A stretch of DNA of 14,726 nt from Pseudomonadota bacterium (GTDB lineage Bacteria; Desulfobacterota; Desulfobacteria; Desulfobacterales; RPRI01), in the NCBI GenBank assembly GCA_043825875.1, contig JBDRRF010000050.1:1-14726 (forward strand), given 5' to 3'. The position numbers and the translations under genes are program-made. Position 1 is the first letter of the stretch. Every line of letters starts with the position of its first letter. Of the stretch, positions 7,151-14,726 are shown one piece after another. The notes beneath the pieces are model-generated. The model did no database searches, had not been told where the DNA came from, and was given only the letters and a program-made list of their open reading frames with translations.

Positions 7151-9685
7151 CTAATTATTCTCTATGTGATACCCGGCTTCCCCCTCGTAGATTAATGTAT
7201 GAGTCCTTTGTGCAATTTTTTCAGGATCAACTTTAATCTTCGCAACGCCTGATTCCATGGCAGCACGTGCAACTGCCGCAGCAACCGCTGGAGGAACGTT
7301 AAAATCCATGCCCCTGGGAATAATAGATTGTGGATTAAGTTTTTTATCTGAAACAAGAGCTGCTACGGTTCTTGCTGCCGCTATCTTCATCTCCTCATTT
7401 ATTATTCTTGCACGAACATCCAGCGCTCCTCTGAATACACCCGGAAAAATCAAGGAGTTATTAACCTGATTAGGAAAATCGGATCTTCCCGTAGCAACAA
7501 TCAATGCCCCGGCCTCTTTTGCCTCATCCGGGTGAATCTCAGGCGTTGGGTTGGCAAGCGCAAATATAATAGGATCTTTTGCCATGGTTAAGAGCATTTC
7601 TTTTGTAAGAACTCCGGCAACGGAAAGACCTATAAAAATATCGGAACCTTTAATTACTTTCGCAAGATCTCCTTTTATTTTTTCCGGATTTGTCTGCTCA
7701 GCCATTTCATCCTTCATCCAGTTCATACCTTCTTGCCGCCCTTTATATATTGCGCCGTTTTTATCACAAAGTATAATGTGTTTTACTCCTATTTCCATTA
7801 TCAGTTTGCAAACTGCAATAGCTGCTGCACCAGCTCCGTTTATTATAACCTTTACATCCCCAGCTTTTTTGCCGGATATTTTAAGTGAATTAAGTAAAGC
7901 AGCTGTAACAATAATAGCGGTACCATGCTGGTCATCATGGAATACCGGAATATCCATCTCTTCTTTAAGACGTCTTTCGATATAAAAGCAACGGGGCGCA
8001 GATATATCTTCTAAATTTATCCCTCCGAAAGTAGGGCTCATTCTCTTTACGATCTCCACAATTTCATCTGCATCCTGAGTACATAAACAGATCGGAAAAG
8101 CCTCAACTCCTGCAAAAGTCTGGAACAAAATTGCTTTTCCTTCCATTACAGGCATTGCGGCCTGCGGGCCTATATTTCCAAGACCAAGCACAGCACTGCC
8201 ATCTGTAACAATGGCCACAAGATTTCCCTTGGCAGTGTAGTCATATATCAATTCGGGGTTTTCCCTGATCAGGCGCGCCGGCGCTTCTGCAAAAGGAGGC
8301 ATGTAAAACTGGCCGAGAATATAATTATCCTTGATCGCTATTTTACTTCTTATCTGGAGAACCCCACGGTATCGCCTGTGAAACTCAAGCGATTCTTCCT
8401 CAATCGACTTTTTTTTCGGATCAGGCGGATCAATAGGCCACTGCCCTTCATATACATACCTGCGGGTCATATCGGAAATAACAGCAGGATCAACATCTCC
8501 TTTGGCTTCCCCTGTCTTTATCGCAGCCTTTGCAACTGCTTCCGCTATTTTTGGCGCAACCCGAAAGTCGAATATTTTCGGCATAACATGCTCAGGATTA
8601 AGCTCCTCGGAACTCACACAATCAGCAAGAGCCTGAGCCGCAGAAAGTGCCATATCCGTATTAATATTGCTTGCCCGTGTTTCAAGAATGCCTCTGAAAA
8701 AGCCCGGAAAAATCATTGCAACATCAGACTGATTAGGAAAATCCGCTCTGTTAAACACCATTACTTTTGCACCTGCATGGCGCGCTTCATCAGGCATAAT
8801 TTCAGGATGAGGAGTAGAAAGGGCAAATACTATCGGGTCTTTTGCCATGGATTTTATCATATCTCCGTTAAGAACATTTCCGGATGAAAGACCGATAAAA
8901 ACATCTGCCCCTTTTAGAGCCTGCTCTAGAGTTCCAATAAAATTATCAGGATTTGTGTTTTTAACTATTTCCCACTTCGCCCAGCTCATTCCTTTCAGAC
9001 GGTATTTATAAAGTGAGCCGTCCCTGTCGCATACTATCACCTGTTTTATCCCGGCTTTTACTAAAAGGTCCGCGCTTGCAAGTCCGGCCATACCAGCTCC
9101 GTTTATTACTACCCTGGAGTTAACAATATCCTTATCAACAACCTTCATTGAATTTATCAAAGCGGCAAGAACGGGAATTGCAACTCCAAGCCCATGATTA
9201 TTAAATACCGGTATATCTGCAGCTCTTTCAAGATGATCGGTAATAGTAAAGCTCTGGGGACTTGCAATGTCTTCAAGGCAGAACGCTCCAAAAGTTGGTG
9301 TAAGAGCCAGTGCAGTTTCAATAAACTCATAAGGATCTTTTGTTCTGATGCATATCGGAAGGGCATCTACACCGGCAAATGTCTTGAATATAACAGACTT
9401 TCCCTCCATAACAGGAAGAGCTGCTTCAGGCCCTGCATGCCCAAGCCGAAATAGTCCGGAACCGTCTGTTAAAATACCTACTGTGTTTCCGCGACATGAT
9501 AACAAATAAGACTGTACCGGGTCTTTGGCTATTTCCAAACAGGAAGAAGCAACTCCGGGAGTATAAACAAGGCTTAATATCCTTGAATCCTTTATTGGTA
9601 TCTTGGGGGAAACACCTATAACTCCACGATAACGTTTCCTGTATGCAAGAGCTTGTGCTTCCTGATTAATAATATTTTCCGGCAT
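7151..9685 (-). CDS. Tandem (internally duplicated) NAD(P)-dependent malic enzyme, two small-subunit ME modules in one 844-aa chain
   Basis: Two ~420-aa repeats, each with LPVMEGK/MPVMEGK, TFG..LEDI, NGAG.A, DFPNQ and FPG.FRG, and each ending in a YEG motif. Start placed at ATG 9685 (RBS AAGGAG at 9697-9692) rather than GTG 9745. There is no PTA domain, so this is not the MaeB architecture. Confidence 0.92.
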   Translation of the reverse strand: MPENIINQEAQALAYRKRYRGVIGVSPKIPIKDSRILSLVYTPGVASSCLEIAKDPVQSYLLSCRGNTVGILTDGSGLFRLGHAGPEAALPVMEGKSVIFKTFAGVDALPICIRTKDPYEFIETALALTPTFGAFCLEDIASPQSFTITDHLERAADIPVFNNHGLGVAIPVLAALINSMKVVDKDIVNSRVVINGAGMAGLASADLLVKAGIKQVIVCDRDGSLYKYRLKGMSWAKWEIVKNTNPDNFIGTLEQALKGADVFIGLSSGNVLNGDMIKSMAKDPIVFALSTPHPEIMPDEARHAGAKVMVFNRADFPNQSDVAMIFPGFFRGILETRASNINTDMALSAAQALADCVSSEELNPEHVMPKIFDFRVAPKIAEAVAKAAIKTGEAKGDVDPAVISDMTRRYVYEGQWPIDPPDPKKKSIEEESLEFHRRYRGVLQIRSKIAIKDNYILGQFYMPPFAEAPARLIRENPELIYDYTAKGNLVAIVTDGSAVLGLGNIGPQAAMPVMEGKAILFQTFAGVEAFPICLCTQDADEIVEIVKRMSPTFGGINLEDISAPRCFYIERRLKEEMDIPVFHDDQHGTAIIVTAALLNSLKISGKKAGDVKVIINGAGAAAIAVCKLIMEIGVKHIILCDKNGAIYKGRQEGMNWMKDEMAEQTNPEKIKGDLAKVIKGSDIFIGLSVAGVLTKEMLLTMAKDPIIFALANPTPEIHPDEAKEAGALIVATGRSDFPNQVNNSLIFPGVFRGALDVRARIINEEMKIAAARTVAALVSDKKLNPQSIIPRGMDFNVPPAVAAAVARAAMESGVAKIKVDPEKIAQRTHTLIYEGEAGYHIENN

Positions 9686-9703
9686 TGAAATCTCCTTAAA
9701 AAA

Positions 9704-9777
9704 GGGTTCCTGGTTTCGATGGTTCAAGAGATAAACCCACTTCACTTGAATCCTTGAACCCTGGAACCATTGAATCC
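9704..9777. repeat. Inverted pair of degenerate octamer tandem arrays (consensus TTGAACCC)
   Basis: Right array TTGAATCC-TTGAACCC-TGGAACCA-TTGAATCC (9746-9777). Left array GGGTTCCT-GGTTTCGA-TGGTTCAA (9704-9727) consists of reverse-complement variants. The arrays are 18 bp apart. Confidence 0.75.
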
Positions 9778-9783
9778 TTAATA

Positions 9784-10464
9784 TTATATTTTTGAACCGT
9801 TTTTCACAGCTTTGGTTGCAAGATAATCGGCAAGTTCATTTTCTTTATGGCCTGCATGACCTTTGACTTTAATAAGTTTAATATCATTAAAACTTCTCAT
9901 TTTTACTTTAATTGAATTTATTAATTCAATATTTTTTTTTGGTTTCCAGTTTAAACAAAGAACACCGTAAGAATAAGAACTATCTGTAAATATTCTTACC
10001 GGTTTTTTTGTTGTCTTAAGCTCTGCCAGGGCAACTCTTATTGCTTCCAGTTCTGCAATATTGTTAGTAGCAATTCCTATATACTGTGATATCTCCTTTT
10101 CAAGTTCTCCGAAACGCAATAAAACCCCAATACCTGAAGGTCCCGGATTGCCAGATGATGCGCCATCAGTATAAATACAAACAGCATCCGAAGGGATAAC
10201 TTCTTCCTTGATAAAAACGTTAACAGATTTTTTTAAAGAATTTTTATTTGATACTTTTTTATCATCTTTCGACCCATCTTTTTTTATAGAATCTACAGGC
10301 TCAAGTTTATTTTCAAAAACCCAGTATTCATAGTCCTGCTTAGTATTATATTTAATCAATACTTTTCCGTTTTTAATTACCGGTTTTTCTTCGGATGAAA
10401 AGGCCTGCCAGACTTTGTTGCCCTTAAACATCTTTCTTTTCCATAAGATATCATTTTCTTCCAT
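9784..10464 (-). CDS. rnhA: Ribonuclease HI with ~90-aa N-terminal extension
   Basis: Catalytic motifs YTDGASSGNPG, TNNIAELEA, IFTDS, KVKGHAG and NELAD are all present. Confidence 0.92.
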   Translation of the reverse strand: MEENDILWKRKMFKGNKVWQAFSSEEKPVIKNGKVLIKYNTKQDYEYWVFENKLEPVDSIKKDGSKDDKKVSNKNSLKKSVNVFIKEEVIPSDAVCIYTDGASSGNPGPSGIGVLLRFGELEKEISQYIGIATNNIAELEAIRVALAELKTTKKPVRIFTDSSYSYGVLCLNWKPKKNIELINSIKVKMRSFNDIKLIKVKGHAGHKENELADYLATKAVKNGSKI

Positions 10465-10492
10465 AATTAATAACCCAGCCTACAAACCAAAT

Positions 10493-11668
10493 TCACGAGT
10501 AAAGATGATATTTACAGCTTATATCAAGATATTGCTCAAGCTCAACTTTCCACGATTTTTCTATATCTTCAATATCAGCATTGTTTTCAATTGCACTGCG
10601 AATCTCAGGATTTCCGGTGATAAGATCTATAGGATATTTTTCAAATTCATATTCATAAGGAGGAAGTTTCCACTCGAAATAATTTCTATAGCATTGAAAT
10701 ACTGCTTGAAGCAATTTCAAAGATGAATAATATGGTTTATATTTAATGGGATCTGTAACATGAATCTGGAAACCTCTGCACAGCTCACCCTGCCATTTGT
10801 TTGATGTGGGCTCAAATGCAACCGGTCTTAATATGGCACCGGGAAGTTTGTTGCCACCTAAAAAAGATATGATTTTATCAGTTTCTACAAACGGGGCTCC
10901 AAATATTTCAAAAGGCTGAGTTGTACCACGTCCTTCCGAGATATTTGTACCTTCCCATATAACCTGGCCTGGGTAAACAATGGCGGAAACAGGATTCGGA
11001 AGATTCGGAGAAGGAGTAATCCATGGAAGAGAAGTTTGCCAAAAAAACATATCTCTTCTCCATCCTTTCATAGGAATTACTTCAAGATCACAGTTTATAT
11101 TAAAATGTTTATTGAAAAGCTGTGCCAGTTCTCCTATTGTAAGGCCGTGTCGCATTGGTATGGGGTAACGCCCCACAAAAGAAATGTATTCGGAAGAAAG
11201 AATGTTGCCTTCAACCGCAATACCACCTATAGGATTAGGCCTGTCAAGAATAACAACTTTCTTGCCAAATTTCTTAGCAGCCTCAAGGCAGTATGACATT
11301 GTATATATAAAAGTATAAACGCGCGTACCTACATCCTGAAGGTCTACAAGAAGAATATCAATAGGCTCAAACATCTCTTTTGTCGGTATTCGTGTTTTTC
11401 CATATAAACTGAAAACCTGAATGCCAAGCGTATTATCTACAATGTTTTCAGACTCAATCATATTATCCTGTTTTTCTGAAAAAAAGCCATGCTGGGGAGA
11501 ATAAAGAGCAGCAAGTTTTTTAGGAAATTTTTCGTTTATCAATTCCCTGGCATGATTAAAATTACTGTCAACAGAAGCCGGATTGCATAAAAGTCCGAAG
11601 CGCTTTCCGGAAATAAATGACGGAGGTGATTTTATAAAATTTTCAAGTCCGCTAAAAGCAGTAGTCAT
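10493..11668 (-). CDS. namZ: DUF1343 / NamZ-family exo-beta-N-acetylmuramidase
   Basis: Motifs SPQHG, SLYG, DLQDVGTRVYTF, LDRPNP, RHGLTIGELA, PSPNLP, EGTNISEGRGTTQPFE. RBS AAGGAGG. No obvious signal peptide. Confidence 0.9.
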   Translation of the reverse strand: MTTAFSGLENFIKSPPSFISGKRFGLLCNPASVDSNFNHARELINEKFPKKLAALYSPQHGFFSEKQDNMIESENIVDNTLGIQVFSLYGKTRIPTKEMFEPIDILLVDLQDVGTRVYTFIYTMSYCLEAAKKFGKKVVILDRPNPIGGIAVEGNILSSEYISFVGRYPIPMRHGLTIGELAQLFNKHFNINCDLEVIPMKGWRRDMFFWQTSLPWITPSPNLPNPVSAIVYPGQVIWEGTNISEGRGTTQPFEIFGAPFVETDKIISFLGGNKLPGAILRPVAFEPTSNKWQGELCRGFQIHVTDPIKYKPYYSSLKLLQAVFQCYRNYFEWKLPPYEYEFEKYPIDLITGNPEIRSAIENNADIEDIEKSWKVELEQYLDISCKYHLYS

Positions 11669-11690
11669 TATATATAAATACCTCCTTCAG

Positions 11691-13250
11691 TTATTGTTTA
11701 CTCCATACATCTTTAAGATCATCGCTAAACTGATACCGGATTCCATTTTCATTTAAAATCTCTTCAGTGGCCGTTTCAATCTCATTATGCTTAAAAACAA
11801 GGCATTCACTTCTTGTGTTTGCAAATCTGAAGATAACAAATTCTTCCTTGTTATCTCTTAATGTCTCAACAAGATGAACCAGGTTTTTAATCGGCACATC
11901 ATTTACACTTTTAATTACTCCAAATGGGCCTCTTGTATCATAGCCTTTGGTAATCCTGTGGGAAAACATGGGGGAAAATACAGCGACCAATTCTTCACCC
12001 TCAAAAGAAACATTATCCGACATGCGAGTCACAACAGGGCTCCCGATAGCAGCCAGTAAAAGCGATATTTTATCGGTTTTCAATACTTGCTGAATATAGA
12101 ACTGATCTAATTCAACAAAAACCAGTGGGCCATAAATAAAATATCTTGGATAATTGAAACCTTTAAACCTTATAAGCTTTTGAGATTCAACGCTCACAGG
12201 CACATCTATCTTTAGCTGCTCTTTCTTTCGGATAATAGTAAGCGGAACTTTTCCATCTTTGGCTATCCTTGGGACAAGATAAGTGGCAGGAAGTCTTAAG
12301 TCTCCGTTGATCCTGATACGGCCTTCATTGTCAATAGAATAATCACCAATATGAGTGATAATATCCCATGGTTTAAGTGGAAAGTCAGGATATATGTTTT
12401 TTACTCCCTGGACCACCATTCCGGTTGTCTCGCCTGAAAGATTAAGACTTCTGCGCAACGCATCATTTTCAAGCGTCTGCATCTGGATCCCATTTATCAT
12501 AGGTTGCCCTTCATAGCTACCATCGGCTGCATCTTTTAAAAACATTTGAATTTCTTCAACAGGAATAAGAAACCCGATGCTTTCAGCAGCCATAATCTTA
12601 CTGCAAACAAGACCAATTAACTTCCCATCGGCTACTGCGGCTCCGCCACTATTGCCGGGGTTTAGTGCAGCATCAATTTGTATCAGCAAACTTGGAAGCC
12701 CGTAAAAAACCGCCCGATACTCTATTCTTGAAACAATCCCTTCTGTAACAGATTGCTCAAAACCACCCATAGGATATCCGTACACAGAAACAGGATCTTT
12801 TGCTTTAGGAAGCTTGTCCTCAAAATATAAGGGAGGGTTACTATCAAAAAATTCATCATTGTTTATTTGCAGTAAAGCAAGATCAACTTCAGGAGATTGA
12901 GCTATTACTTTTGCCTCAATCTTATCGGCCGATTGATAGGGTTGAACATAGATCTGCTGAGCAAAAGCAACTATATGCGCATTGGTGAGTATTCTGCCAC
13001 CTTCAATTATCACACCTGAGCCTGAAACCTCACGCTGAGTATGTTTGGTCCAGGGTCGTATTATATCCGGCAATCTTTGAGTAGCAATTATTTTCACAAC
13101 AGATTGAGAAATCTGATCTTCCGCATACACTGTAGATGCAGAAGAACAGATGACAAAAACACTTAAAAGAAGAATTATAATGTTATTCACAAAACATATT
13201 TCTTTTGTACAGTTGGGAGCACAGCTATTTTCTTTTGTATTAAATCTCAT
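11691..13250 (-). CDS. Exported HtrA/Deg-family trypsin-like serine protease with two PDZ-like domains
   Basis: Triad TNAH / DLALL / GNSGG, also GSGVII and IQIDAALNPG. Hydrophobic signal region ending VYA. PDZ-like segments (LKPWDIITHI; VIKSVNDVPIKNLVHL). RBS AAAGGA. Confidence 0.92.
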   Translation of the reverse strand: MRFNTKENSCAPNCTKEICFVNNIIILLLSVFVICSSASTVYAEDQISQSVVKIIATQRLPDIIRPWTKHTQREVSGSGVIIEGGRILTNAHIVAFAQQIYVQPYQSADKIEAKVIAQSPEVDLALLQINNDEFFDSNPPLYFEDKLPKAKDPVSVYGYPMGGFEQSVTEGIVSRIEYRAVFYGLPSLLIQIDAALNPGNSGGAAVADGKLIGLVCSKIMAAESIGFLIPVEEIQMFLKDAADGSYEGQPMINGIQMQTLENDALRRSLNLSGETTGMVVQGVKNIYPDFPLKPWDIITHIGDYSIDNEGRIRINGDLRLPATYLVPRIAKDGKVPLTIIRKKEQLKIDVPVSVESQKLIRFKGFNYPRYFIYGPLVFVELDQFYIQQVLKTDKISLLLAAIGSPVVTRMSDNVSFEGEELVAVFSPMFSHRITKGYDTRGPFGVIKSVNDVPIKNLVHLVETLRDNKEEFVIFRFANTRSECLVFKHNEIETATEEILNENGIRYQFSDDLKDVWSKQ

Positions 13251-13282
13251 AGGATCCTTTCATACATCTTAACATTATTTAA

Positions 13283-13306
13283 TTTGCTGTTTTGCTGTTT
13301 TGCTGT
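13283..13306. repeat. Perfect tandem repeat (TTTGCTGT)x3
   Basis: Three exact 8-bp units at 13283, 13291 and 13299, lying 33-56 bp upstream of the protease start. Confidence 0.85.
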
Positions 13307-13334
13307 TTATAATCCTAATACTTTGTTCTTACTA

Positions 13335-13363
13335 TATATATCGACAAGTATTTTGAAAGTCAA
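13335..13363 (-). promoter_or_regulatory. Candidate sigma-70 promoter for the protease-namZ-rnhA-malic enzyme run
   Basis: Minus strand reads TTGACT-N17-TATATA. The -10 lacks the conserved final T and the region is AT-rich. Confidence 0.35.
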
Positions 13364-13600
13364 CGCTTAAGGTACAGATTATCTGCTTTATATCATAAGA
13401 TTTCGGAAAAGTTTCGGATGGTAACTACTATACAGATCAAAAGCAAAGTTCAGGTATAAAAGCAAGATCAAATAATCCTGTATTCTTTGTGCAGATATAA
13501 CTTCATAAACTGCTTTAAATGCATGGTTTGTATGAAAAGAAAAATAGGATGGAATTGCCTGATAAAAAATACAAGTATGTTTAGAGGGTAGATAATAAAT

Positions 13601-13648
13601 GAAATAAATAAGGCAGGTATTTTTAAAAATACCTGCCTTATTTATTTC
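13601..13648. terminator. 48-bp perfect palindrome, probable (bidirectional) intrinsic terminator of the PEP-CTERM gene
   Basis: GAAATAAATAAGGCAGGTATTTTT|AAAAATACCTGCCTTATTTATTTC. The GC core AGGCAGGT/ACCTGCCT is followed by a T-rich tail on both strands, 34 bp past the stop at 13683. Confidence 0.8.
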
Positions 13649-13682
13649 TTAGATAAAAGCCATATTTTCATATAAAAATATG

Positions 13683-14465
13683 TTATTTATTTAACTTGCG
13701 CCTTAATCCCATAAGCCCAAACAAACCGGTTCCTAAAAGGAGGAATGTGGCAGGCTCAGGAACGCGATCAATAATCACAGGTGTAACAGTTGTACCAATC
13801 GTTACTATCTGGTCAGCAGCAGTACCGTATCCCAACTCAAAGACATCAAAAGAACCTGTTTCAGAAAATGCAGCATGAAAAGATTGGCCCCAATTAGAAA
13901 GTTCAGCAGTGGTCAGCCCGGCATATAAACCACTATAATCGCCAGCAGAAGTAATAGCAGTTATATTTTCACTGCTAAAACTGTCAAATGCTGATAATCC
14001 CCAAGAAGCTGGGAGATAAGAAAACGGATCTGAAGCATACACTGGGAAAGCAAGAATACCGGTTTCATCCGCAGCTCCTGAAAATAAAACAGCTCTTTCC
14101 ATAAATGTTGCGGCAGCAGCATTGCCATAATATGTATGATAATCGGCGTCATGGCCCGTTAGGATTTTGTTGCCGGTAATACCAGCTGTCAATATAGCAG
14201 AGTCAAGCCCGGACATATCATAGCTACCAGCAGACCAGCCAATAACCAAAGCTTCATAATCCCCGGATGAAAGATCTGAAGCAGTCACAGGGTTAGATGC
14301 ATCCCGGACATCGTAACTAAATCCTAAGGAAGCCATTGCACCTTCCAGAACATATTGACTCCCTCCTGATGCGTAAACTAAGTATGTACCATCTGCATTT
14401 GCAAAACCCACAATTCCAAATAATAAAATTAAAATAGTAACACCTGCCAAAAATTTCTTTTTCAT
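13683..14465 (-). CDS. PEP-CTERM sorting domain-containing exported protein
   Basis: Signal peptide MKKKFLAGVTILILLFGIVGFANA. C-terminal VPEPATFLLLGTGLFGLMGLRRK (PEP, TM helix, basic tail). RBS AGGAG. Confidence 0.95.
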   Translation of the reverse strand: MKKKFLAGVTILILLFGIVGFANADGTYLVYASGGSQYVLEGAMASLGFSYDVRDASNPVTASDLSSGDYEALVIGWSAGSYDMSGLDSAILTAGITGNKILTGHDADYHTYYGNAAAATFMERAVLFSGAADETGILAFPVYASDPFSYLPASWGLSAFDSFSSENITAITSAGDYSGLYAGLTTAELSNWGQSFHAAFSETGSFDVFELGYGTAADQIVTIGTTVTPVIIDRVPEPATFLLLGTGLFGLMGLRRKLNK

Positions 14466-14556
14466 TTCTTTCTCCTACATTTGATAGATAATTAATAATA
14501 CTTGTAGTCATGCAGCCAATTGCCTGATTTTATACATCTCTATTTTTATAAAATAT

Positions 14557-14572
14557 TGCAATTTATATACCA
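14557..14572 (-). promoter_or_regulatory. Sigma-54 (-24/-12) promoter of the PEP-CTERM gene
   Basis: Minus strand TGGTATATAAATTGCA has exact GG-N10-GC spacing matching TGGCAC-N5-TTGCA, about 90 bp upstream of the ATG. Confidence 0.8.
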
Positions 14573-14668
14573 ATTAGTTTTTCAACATGTATTTTATATA
14601 TAACTAATTGTAAATTATACCATATTTGTTTCAGCTAATTTTGGTGTCTTCTTTGCTGATACCTAAAC

Positions 14669-14685
14669 TGTAAAATATTCCGACA
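14669..14685. promoter_or_regulatory. Enhancer-binding-protein site (PrsR-type) upstream of the sigma-54 promoter
   Basis: TGTAAAATATTCCGACA (TGT-N11-ACA; TTTACA end on the minus strand), about 100 bp upstream of the -24 element. It resembles the motif I recall upstream of proteobacterial PEP-CTERM genes. Confidence 0.65.
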
Positions 14686-14726
14686 CTATTCATAAACTAA
14701 ATATATATATTTATATTTAGTTAAGT

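Noticed and set aside
7151..9685. Calling the long malic enzyme maeB (ME-phosphotransacetylase fusion) or an assembly duplication
   Set aside because: The second half is another ME module, not PTA. The two halves are strongly diverged in sequence, so this is not a duplicated-read artefact.
9686..9745. 20-codon N-terminal extension of the malic enzyme in the ORF track (GTG 9745)
   Set aside because: It runs through the octamer repeat. ATG 9685 has a strong RBS and matches the normal ME N-terminus length.
9704..9777. CRISPR-like interpretation of the repeats here or at 13283-13306
   Set aside because: The units are 8 bp and contiguous with no spacers, and no cas genes are present.
9784..10464. 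RNase H as part of a retroelement or defence system
   Set aside because: No reverse transcriptase, integrase or ncRNA is nearby; the context is housekeeping.
7257..14511. Short alternative-frame or antisense ORFs over the malic enzyme, rnhA/namZ, protease and PEP-CTERM genes (e.g. 7551-7985, 8378-8887, 9157-9366, 10415-10726, 13961-14152, 14317-14511)
   Set aside because: They overlap confident CDSs and show no family motifs.

Overview
AT-rich bacterial chromosomal window; gene content suggests a Desulfobacterales/deltaproteobacterial-type genome (inference). The + strand carries a compact five-gene cluster (563-7118): a TPR-fused PilB/GspE-family ATPase, a REC-PAS regulator, a 44H-length chemoreceptor with almost no periplasmic domain, CheW and a P2-less CheA. 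No CheR/CheB/CheC/CheD or other pilus genes are in the cluster. Converging on it is a - strand run: HtrA/Deg protease, NamZ (DUF1343), RNase HI with an extra N-terminal domain, and a malic enzyme built from two fused copies. A PEP-CTERM gene with a sigma-54 promoter, an enhancer-like site and a 48-bp perfect palindrome ends the window. The two most notable observations are (1) the tandem malic enzyme, whose halves have lost complementary catalytic motifs, predicting a single-chain pseudo-heterodimer with one live and one dead or regulatory site, and (2) a stripped Dif-like chemosensory system encoded directly behind a TPR-PilB motor ATPase. All calls come from reading motifs by eye; no database search was run, so novelty is unverified. 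No rRNA, tRNA, CRISPR array or transposase was seen.
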